Translations under genes and position numbers: made by a program | Notes under the pieces: generated by a model | What the model saw: only the letters and a program-made list of their open reading frames with translations | Told to the model about the DNA's origin: nothing | Databases searched by the model: none | Shown here: piece by piece, positions 56,284 through 64,000 of the stretch | Position numbering within the stretch: position 1 is the stretch's first letter | Layout: each line of letters starts with the position of its first letter | Virus record (IMG/VR): IMGVR_UViG_3300044630_005137 | Span: 1-64,000 of that record | Length of the DNA: 64,000 nt | Strand: one strand, 5' to 3' | Origin: a virus

Positions 56284-59200
56284 TATCCATTACCTACTCT
56301 TCTATTTACTCCCGCTGCCATTTCTTTTAATCTCATTTCTTTATGTATTTGAGTTGCAACATCTTGTGCTGTTACATTAGTTCCATTTAATTCTACACTA
56401 ATATTATATACTGAACCTGATACAGCCGCCGATGCATTTGGATTAAATGGGTTCATATTGGCTGGAATTACTGCTTCATTTTTATGAAGCATTGCCAGCA
56501 TATTTGCAGGAACCATATTGATTCCATTTTCAAACATTGGAACACCTAGATTTGAAAGAGAATTAACCATTCCACCATTTGCAAATTTTGGTCTAATTGA
56601 ACCAAACTCAAGCAATTTTTTAAAAGTATTATTAATAGCATCCATGAATGGAAGGTTCCTGCTATGTAAATCCGTTTTCATTAATCGGGATAAATCATGT
56701 GGGTAAATTCCTTGGGGCAAAGCCGCGCCTCTAACTACAGAGTAGAATTCATCTGCAGTGTTAGCTCTTTGTGGTCCAGGTGTTCCCCTCTTGTCCCCTC
56801 TTACAGTAAATTTTTTGCCCCCAACTGCAATTCTTTGTCCTCCGCCAAGTAATTCTACTAATTCTGGGGGTAAGGTTGATGTAAATTCATCATACATTCC
56901 ACCAATAGAAAGTGGTGTCGGAACTTGTTCTGGGAGTACGTCTATCTTATAAAGACCAGCATTGCTTCCACCCATCCAGTTTCCTGCTTTATCTCCTGTA
57001 AGGTTTAAATGAGCATCGCTAGCATAGTGTGCTGCCATTTTTGAAGACAAACTCCAGTATCCACCAAGCTTGCTATGTGCTTCGGTAGCTTTATACATTG
57101 CAAGGGGTTGATTTGGATCTAGTCCGTGGGCTGCGGCGTATGCTTTATTTGCAGCTTTAGAAAACTCCGTGGTGACTGTTTCTGCAGTTTCAGCTCTGCT
57201 AATTTGTCCTTTACCCATTAAGCCTAGCATTGTCATAAAATATTCTTTTGACACGTCTTTAATTGCTGGGTCTCCGTTTTTGTTTAATATTTCCCACGCT
57301 TCTCCCCAATAATAATTGTAAGCTCTAGACAAATCTGTTCCTGGCGGACTAAAAAATGTAGTTGGGGCATCAGTTAGTGCACGATCTCCAGATAAAACCA
57401 TCTCTGGAATAGAAGCTCCCCTTGCTTCAGCATACTCCATTGCTTTTTTCTGTAAGTTTCTAATAATTGTTTTACTTGCTTTAGAGGATTTCATTGATGA
57501 GACAGCAGGTCCGCCAGCACCAGTTGTAGCATTTGCCAAACGTGCAGAGTTTGCTACACCAGTAGCTCCCATTCCAACTCTTGCGCCGAGACCAAATCCC
57601 ATAAAATTAAATGGCAGCAATGATGCAGATAAGTTATCTCCCTCTCTGCTTTGGCCAGTAGCTTTTCTTAAAGCAGCAACTGCTCCAAGTGGGTCTGAGG
57701 CCATCCATGAAGTAAGTGGTGATCTAGAAAGAATTGCTTGAGCTTCATCTTGTGATTCAGTTAATCCAGATACATATCTTTGTAGCCAATTTTGTTTTTT
57801 AGATGTTGGCTCTCCATACTTATGCTTATGTCCTACTGGACCACCTTTGTGGAATCGCTTAGCGTTCATTTCAATAATCTTGGCTCGCATTGCGGTCTTA
57901 GATAAATCGTTAAGGATTTGGCTTGCTACCTCACTTGCAGAACCCATGCCAGCATCTACGTACTTATACTTATCGTGTCTACTATAGCCTATAGTTCCAT
58001 CGCTACCTAGCCACGAGTATGCAGGACCGTCAGAAACTTTTATTGGCTTAGTAAGTTTAGCAGCAGTCTTTGCTGCCCCTCCGTAGTTCCTAGCCATTTC
58101 GTATGCGTACTTAGCATAGGCAGTAGTACCTTTACGAGGTGCTTGTATTAGTGTATTTGTAAGAGCGTCATGAGGATGTGGATGGACATAGCCACCGTCG
58201 TGCATACCAACCGTAAATCCTCCGCCGCCGCCTAACAATCCGCCAGACCATGCAGATGCGCCAGAGCCAATTAGTGGAGGAGTATACTTGTCTATACCCA
58301 TTCCTGGAGACTTGAATTTCTTTCTCTTCTTAGGCCAAGAAGGAATGCCTGGTCCGCCACCTTCGCCAAAGGCTTGAACCATTCCTCCACCTGCAAACTT
58401 TTTAGGGATATTTATCCTACTGCCTTTGTAAACTGTATTGCCTAAAAGATAATCAGGATTTAATTCAGCAAGTACTTTTGAATCAATATTAAGACTTTTT
58501 GCAATTTGTGATAAAGTTTGATCTTTTTCTACCACATGAGTTGTTCGTTGATTTACAGCTGCAGATATAGCATCTTCAATTGCTGTAAGTGGAGAAGGCA
58601 TAAAGTTGGGTCTTGCATAGGCTACTAGGGCATTGTCCCCTACAGATTCTTTTGTTAAGTAATACCCACTTTGGCTAACTCTGTCTCTTATATTTCCATC
58701 AACAGTAGATATACTAAATTGTTCTACGCCGCTATAACTCTTTTCTCTTTTAACTTCAGTTGCAATTGCGGCATGTCTTATTCTATTCGTATCAGAATCA
58801 GAACTTTGCTGAGCCCAATTTAAATACATAATGTCGCCAGGCTTTGGAGGATTTTTTAAAATCCTAGCCCAGCCAGCTTTTGCTTTATCCTGTTTAGATT
58901 TTTCTCTTTTTGCTTGATAGGCATGATATTTTTTATAATACTCATCCGCAGCTTTTTCATACCTTTCAATATCTTTTGGATTCCCATAGTATTTTCCAGT
59001 ATCATAATTTACTCCAACGTTAAAGTCAGAAGCTCTTGGCGATTCGCCTACATCATCCGAAGCAGATCGATCATCTATTTTTGTTGGTATTGTTGTAGCA
59101 ACATCTACAAGCTGACCTAATCCTGCAAAACTTTTAGCACCGTCTGCTGTATAAAAAGTATCTGGTATTTTAACGCCAGACATGTGTGCGGCCCACTGAA

Positions 59201-62200
59201 CAAATGTTCCACACCATGCAAATGCTTTTGCTCCAAGGTCTTTTATGCTATTGAGCCATCTTGAATATTTTGTTATATTATTACCCTCTGCGCCATATGT
59301 TTTGCCCATTACTTCTTCTTCAGTTCCAAGTTGAGAAATTGCTGTATCTATAAATCTTTTAGCAGTACCAAGTGGTGATTTAACATCTTTTAATGTTGGA
59401 TCTTTACCTATTTCTTTTAGTAATGCTTGTCCGCCAGTTGAAAATTTTTGAACTTGGCCTCCATTTGCAAACCGACCAGCATTTATATCATCCATTGCTT
59501 TTACGCCATACTTTGCAACAGAAGATGCCTTGATCACATATTCTCCATGTGAAAGCATCGCTGGAATAGAGTCTGATGTTGCAGTTCCTGGACCTCTAAC
59601 CTTACCTCCGCTAGCATATGTTGGACTGATATCTCTTTGGTACTGAATACTTCCATCATTTAAAACTAAGAATTGTTTTTTAACTCCATTAGCTTCTTCT
59701 AAAGTAAATTGTTGTCCTGGTTTATATCCCTTTTTTGCTGCAAAGTACTTTACTGCGCTTCTATCATTAAATAATGGTGTGTTCCAATCAATATATTTTT
59801 TACCTACCGCGTCCTTTGCGGTTCCAGCATTTATTGGATCTTTATAAGTTCCGCCACCACGAATTGCTGCAACTATTTCTTCGGTCATTTTCTTTATTGA
59901 GTACCCCTTGCCACCAGTAATCTGATCAGCAAACTTTGTTACTGCGGCAACATCTCTATCAAATATAGAAAGTGTGTCTTTATTTACAGATACTCTTGGA
60001 ACTATTCCTGCAGTGCCAGCGTCTGGCAATCCAGCAGGTTTAGATTCTACATATACTTTCTTTACAGTTCCATCTTTATTAAAATATTCAGCAAAGGCTG
60101 ATCTTATGTCCTTTGCAGTTTGGCTATTTCCAGTTCCTGCCACACCAATTTGTTTAAGCAAATTATCAAGTCTGCCCAGAAGTTGTACCTCTGAATCTCT
60201 TTTTGCTTTGCTATCTGGTAACAGATTATTTGTTATTCTTAGTGTAGTTATCTCATCATAAGTATCTTTAAAGCCTTTAATTAGATCTGCAATTTTAGTT
60301 GCGCTTGCTGCGCCATCTTGCGCTCCCTCGAACTTTTGGGCTGCTGCATCGGCTTTTGCTTGTTTTGCATCTATTTTCTTTTGCTCAATAGCCTTTAGTC
60401 TAGCTGCTTCGTCCTCTATTGCTTTTTGAGTTAGGTCAAACTGTCTATTACTAGTAAGTTGATCTATTTCTATTCTTGCTCTAGCTGCGCCAGCCTGATC
60501 TCCACGAGATATAGCGTCTGCATATTCTATTTGAAGCTTTTGTAATTCTAACGCATAGTTTGATGCATCTTGAGTTGCTCTTAAAGACTCTAATTTTTTA
60601 TTTTTTTCATCTTCAATAAGACTAATTTTTTTAGCAATTAATTTTAATTCTTCTTGAATATTTTTCTGTGTGGCAGCAGCAGCTTTTTGTGATGCGGCGG
60701 AAGTAGCTGCAATTGATTTTTGTAGCTTATTTAATATCTTTCCAACAGATCCATATGTGCTTCCGTCCCCAGCGGCTTTAGTTAATCCATCAATTCCTTC
60801 TCCAACTGCTGCAGTAAATCCAGCTAGCTTTATAGCTAATTCGCCATCAAGGTACTTAAGGTCTAGACCGATTCCAGAAGTAGATAGTTTTATTTTTGCT
60901 AAAATTGATTTTATTGAATCAAATTTATTTGTAATTTTTGCTAACTCTGGACTCATATCTTGTATTACTTTAAAAGTTTCTTCTCCTATTGCAGCATTAA
61001 AATTAGGAACATCTTTTTCTAGATTTGCTAAAGATATTTGATATGCCTCATACTCATCAATGACTTCACCAGTTGCATTCTTTGTTCCAATAAGTGCTTT
61101 AGTACTAGAGTCAAATGTACTTATAACACTTTCAAGACCAGATATAACACCCTTCTTGTATGCATTAGTATCTGCAAAAGCATTGGCATATCTATCAATT
61201 AGGCCAATGAATGTTAAATCTACGCCTCTTTCAAATAAGTTATTTTCTTCCTTCCATTGCTTAGTAAACCACATTGGTTGTTTTGCAAGATTATACTCAA
61301 AAGATCCCTTTGACCAACCAGTTTTTGGTTCAGGCTTTAATGTTTCTAGTAAATTTTTAACAGCAAACTCAGCCGCTGTGGCTTTATCTGTAATTGCACC
61401 AAATCCGCTATTGGCCAACAATTCATAAGATTTTGTGGCTTTCTCGCTATTAGCAATTGCTCCGTAAATCATTCTATTTGCTTGCTCTACACTCAAGCCT
61501 CCTGCAATAAATTGTGCTTTTTGGTTGTTTATTAAAGTTTGAAGCTCTCCAGTGCTTGAAGTTCTATTAATTGATTCAATTAAATCTTTAAGAGCCGCGC
61601 CTTCTTCTTTTGCTTTCTTCATGTCTTCTACTGATTGTGGTATACCAGGCATTCCTATGGAGCTGCTTCTTCCTCCTTGTGCCGCAGCATTTGCCAATTT
61701 TTGTTTTTCAATATACTCTGTAAGGTAGTTATTAAGATTAAAGTATGATATTCCAGCTTGTTCAGCACCGTCTTTAGTAATGCCCAAAGACATTGCGGCA
61801 TCCTGTTGAGCATTATTATATTTCTTCCAAACATCAAAGCCAATTAAAAGAACTGATATGACTACACCAACACCTTTAAGAATTTTAATATATTTACCTA
61901 ATTGTGCTCCTAACTTAGATATTGCATCTTTAAAGCCTTTAGCAGCTTTAATTGCAGCCATAGTTGCACTAGTGGTTGTTTTTATTTTGTTTCCAACTGT
62001 TAACCATGGGACCATAGGGATTATAGTTGATGCGGCCATAATACCTAATCCAGCATTCATTCCAGACATTTCCATGCCAAGCATATTAACTTTTTCCTGC
62101 TGCATCATGTACATTCCGCCCATGTTGCCAGCCATACCGATACCCATCTGGGCACCCATTCCCATTCCGCCTCTTATTTTGGTATCAAGCCCTGCTGCTT

Positions 62201-64000
62201 GTGCAGACTTTTTATCATGGATATATCCGTCGGCGTCCATGTACTCACGTTTTCTGTAGCCCAAGGTTCCAACTTTACGGCTCTTTGTTCCATCTTGCCC
62301 AGTCTCTTTCCAATCGCCAACCATTCCAGGACCAGACATAGATATTGGCATAATTTGGCCAGGTCCCATTAGATAGTTTGCACCTGGATATGCAGCCGAA
62401 TAGCTTCTAGCTTGATGTCTTAATATACCGTCCTTAATATCTCTTGTATTTGTTTTTACCCAATTAGAAAGGAATGAAGCATTTAGTCTTGCAGATGCTA
62501 CTTGGGATTTTGCAAAATCTCTATATGCGCTATTAATGTGAGTTGCTGATGTTGCAATTCCATATCTTAAACCTACTGTGCCGACCTTAATTGATTTAGT
62601 TAAAGAATCAAACGCTCTAGTTACTCCTGCTGGTAGCTGACCTATTTGAGAAAGCTTTAAGGTATCTATAATCTGTTGAGATTGACCAGTTGCTACTGAA
62701 CCAAAAGCGTTACCAGCAACTCCAGATCCTCCAACATAAGGAACTCGGATGACCTGCATTTGAGGGTTTCCTGAAGATGTGTATCCAGATCCAGATGGAG
62801 GATTATAAGATGCAGTTCTTGCTGCTCTTAATCTATCATCTTCAGCTCTTTTTGCTGGGTTTCCTGATCTCTGTGACCCTTTTTTATTCTTAGCGCCATA
62901 TGCATATCTTCCTGATCTAACTGGGCCTCCGCCGATTGGGCCACCACTATTTCTTTTAGCTGCAACATGAACTGCATGCAGCGGACCAAAATCAGTTGCA
63001 TCATCCATTCCATTTTCAAATCTTTGTAGCAATTTGATATATGGGGCTCTGTCTTCTCTCGGCAACGTTGCAACAAACTTAATAAGTTTTGGATGCATCT
63101 TTTTCATTGCGGCTTTTATTTTTCTGTTATACTGCTTAGATGTCATTCCTGCAGCAATTGGTGCTGTGTTTACTGCAAAGTCTTTCCTGGCTCCGCCTTT
63201 AACTCCAAGCAGATTTATCATAGCTTGATCTATCATAGAAGGAAGAGACTCTGCGTGTGCGGTATTGCGTGAAGCTTTAGGGAATACTCCTGCTGCTCCG
63301 ACATCTGCCAAAACATTTCCATAAACATTGCTTGGAGATAAATCCTTATTATTCATAACTAAAGATGCAATTGTTTGTCTAATCATTTCATCTTCGGTAA
63401 AGACTGTTCCTCCAGTAGTAAACCTTTTATCAAACGGTGACTCAACACCGAGCAACTTTGATTTGCCACTTGGGTCTAATGGATTTGATATTGTTTTAAT
63501 TGTTTGCTCAGGAGCATCAAGCCCAAACACTTCTCTAGCCATTCTAGTTCCGTATACCTCAGCTTTAGCAGATATTTCATTTGGAACACCCTTAAAGAAC
63601 TTAAGTCTACCTTCGGAGTCTCTGTATAATCCAGAAACACCAGGTATTGGATAACTCATTCCAGAGCTTGGTGAAACCATGTGTCCATATTTAACGGGAG
63701 GCAAATCTTTAAACGATCCAGTTGCTGTAGCCCTTGACATTTCACGAGATTGCTCTAAAATATCAAGTTGCTTACCTGGCGGTAATAATTTTAACAATGG
63801 GGATATGCTAGTCCCTCTATCTCTGCCCGCTACTGCTTCTTTAATCCACGGGTACTTAATCATATCGGCTTCACGCTTTTTAGCATATTGAGCTTGCTGA
63901 GCCAATCTAATAGACTCTAGTCTTGCAGAGAGTGGAGGAACCACTCCGTATGAAAATCTACCTGGAGATACAGATCCACCTGGAATCATACCTCCCATGT
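56283..64000 (-). CDS. tape measure protein, multidomain, probably 5'-truncated by the window edge
   Basis: at least 2571 aa; Ala/Gly helical core; ASGG.V.GPGT.TSDSIPAMLS.GEYV motif; embedded kinase-like, CHAP, LysM and ART-like segments. Confidence 0.88.
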   Translation of the reverse strand, partial: MGGMIPGGSVSPGRFSYGVVPPLSARLESIRLAQQAQYAKKREADMIKYPWIKEAVAGRDRGTSISPLLKLLPPGKQLDILEQSREMSRATATGSFKDLPPVKYGHMVSPSSGMSYPIPGVSGLYRDSEGRLKFFKGVPNEISAKAEVYGTRMAREVFGLDAPEQTIKTISNPLDPSGKSKLLGVESPFDKRFTTGGTVFTEDEMIRQTIASLVMNNKDLSPSNVYGNVLADVGAAGVFPKASRNTAHAESLPSMIDQAMINLLGVKGGARKDFAVNTAPIAAGMTSKQYNRKIKAAMKKMHPKLIKFVATLPREDRAPYIKLLQRFENGMDDATDFGPLHAVHVAAKRNSGGPIGGGPVRSGRYAYGAKNKKGSQRSGNPAKRAEDDRLRAARTASYNPPSGSGYTSSGNPQMQVIRVPYVGGSGVAGNAFGSVATGQSQQIIDTLKLSQIGQLPAGVTRAFDSLTKSIKVGTVGLRYGIATSATHINSAYRDFAKSQVASARLNASFLSNWVKTNTRDIKDGILRHQARSYSAAYPGANYLMGPGQIMPISMSGPGMVGDWKETGQDGTKSRKVGTLGYRKREYMDADGYIHDKKSAQAAGLDTKIRGGMGMGAQMGIGMAGNMGGMYMMQQEKVNMLGMEMSGMNAGLGIMAASTIIPMVPWLTVGNKIKTTTSATMAAIKAAKGFKDAISKLGAQLGKYIKILKGVGVVISVLLIGFDVWKKYNNAQQDAAMSLGITKDGAEQAGISYFNLNNYLTEYIEKQKLANAAAQGGRSSSIGMPGIPQSVEDMKKAKEEGAALKDLIESINRTSSTGELQTLINNQKAQFIAGGLSVEQANRMIYGAIANSEKATKSYELLANSGFGAITDKATAAEFAVKNLLETLKPEPKTGWSKGSFEYNLAKQPMWFTKQWKEENNLFERGVDLTFIGLIDRYANAFADTNAYKKGVISGLESVISTFDSSTKALIGTKNATGEVIDEYEAYQISLANLEKDVPNFNAAIGEETFKVIQDMSPELAKITNKFDSIKSILAKIKLSTSGIGLDLKYLDGELAIKLAGFTAAVGEGIDGLTKAAGDGSTYGSVGKILNKLQKSIAATSAASQKAAAATQKNIQEELKLIAKKISLIEDEKNKKLESLRATQDASNYALELQKLQIEYADAISRGDQAGAARARIEIDQLTSNRQFDLTQKAIEDEAARLKAIEQKKIDAKQAKADAAAQKFEGAQDGAASATKIADLIKGFKDTYDEITTLRITNNLLPDSKAKRDSEVQLLGRLDNLLKQIGVAGTGNSQTAKDIRSAFAEYFNKDGTVKKVYVESKPAGLPDAGTAGIVPRVSVNKDTLSIFDRDVAAVTKFADQITGGKGYSIKKMTEEIVAAIRGGGTYKDPINAGTAKDAVGKKYIDWNTPLFNDRSAVKYFAAKKGYKPGQQFTLEEANGVKKQFLVLNDGSIQYQRDISPTYASGGKVRGPGTATSDSIPAMLSHGEYVIKASSVAKYGVKAMDDINAGRFANGGQVQKFSTGGQALLKEIGKDPTLKDVKSPLGTAKRFIDTAISQLGTEEEVMGKTYGAEGNNITKYSRWLNSIKDLGAKAFAWCGTFVQWAAHMSGVKIPDTFYTADGAKSFAGLGQLVDVATTIPTKIDDRSASDDVGESPRASDFNVGVNYDTGKYYGNPKDIERYEKAADEYYKKYHAYQAKREKSKQDKAKAGWARILKNPPKPGDIMYLNWAQQSSDSDTNRIRHAAIATEVKREKSYSGVEQFSISTVDGNIRDRVSQSGYYLTKESVGDNALVAYARPNFMPSPLTAIEDAISAAVNQRTTHVVEKDQTLSQIAKSLNIDSKVLAELNPDYLLGNTVYKGSRINIPKKFAGGGMVQAFGEGGGPGIPSWPKKRKKFKSPGMGIDKYTPPLIGSGASAWSGGLLGGGGGFTVGMHDGGYVHPHPHDALTNTLIQAPRKGTTAYAKYAYEMARNYGGAAKTAAKLTKPIKVSDGPAYSWLGSDGTIGYSRHDKYKYVDAGMGSASEVASQILNDLSKTAMRAKIIEMNAKRFHKGGPVGHKHKYGEPTSKKQNWLQRYVSGLTESQDEAQAILSRSPLTSWMASDPLGAVAALRKATGQSREGDNLSASLLPFNFMGFGLGARVGMGATGVANSARLANATTGAGGPAVSSMKSSKASKTIIRNLQKKAMEYAEARGASIPEMVLSGDRALTDAPTTFFSPPGTDLSRAYNYYWGEAWEILNKNGDPAIKDVSKEYFMTMLGLMGKGQISRAETAETVTTEFSKAANKAYAAAHGLDPNQPLAMYKATEAHSKLGGYWSLSSKMAAHYASDAHLNLTGDKAGNWMGGSNAGLYKIDVLPEQVPTPLSIGGMYDEFTSTLPPELVELLGGGQRIAVGGKKFTVRGDKRGTPGPQRANTADEFYSVVRGAALPQGIYPHDLSRLMKTDLHSRNLPFMDAINNTFKKLLEFGSIRPKFANGGMVNSLSNLGVPMFENGINMVPANMLAMLHKNEAVIPANMNPFNPNASAAVSGSVYNISVELNGTNVTAQDVATQIHKEMRLKEMAAGVNRRVGNG

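Noticed and set aside
1-64000. Stop-codon recoding or prophage state
   Set aside because: Long genes are intact in the standard code; no suppressor tRNA, integrase or host flanking genes seen

Overview
A 64-kb slice of an AT-rich, large tailed dsDNA phage genome (siphovirus-like). An actinobacterial host is likely: the window encodes WhiB and has many apparently leaderless sigma70-type promoters. Almost all genes are on the minus strand. In transcription order (right to left) they are: (1) a 5'-truncated multidomain tape-measure protein and tail module (43.2-64 kb); (2) a replication/recombination operon with DnaB, primase, two SSBs, DnaE, RecA, a Cas4-like nuclease and RuvC (29.8-42.4 kb); (3) terminase subunits (26.4-28.7 kb); (4) three tRNAs (Ile2-like CAU, Arg-UCU, Lys-UUU); (5) a ~25-kb accessory region with a lysis cassette, stress/redox genes, proteases, surface proteins, many micro-ORFs and modification enzymes. 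Best candidate for an undescribed system (inferred, not shown): a phage-encoded proline-hydroxylation/O-glycosylation pathway. It would combine two P4H-like 2OG-Fe(II) oxygenases, a Gnt1/GT60-like hydroxyproline GlcNAc-transferase, a GT2, a sugar nucleotidyltransferase, an SDR, an FkbM methyltransferase and a flavin halogenase. Candidate substrates are a perfect (PPFF/PPHF)17 array in the tail fibre and an EPTP array in a PA14 surface protein. Other highlights are the tape measure carrying kinase-like, CHAP, LysM and ART-like cargo between recurrent xxGG motifs, and an unannotated micro-peptide operon (two MCxxCxC peptides) coupled to the oxygenases. All family calls come from motif recognition by eye; no searches were run.
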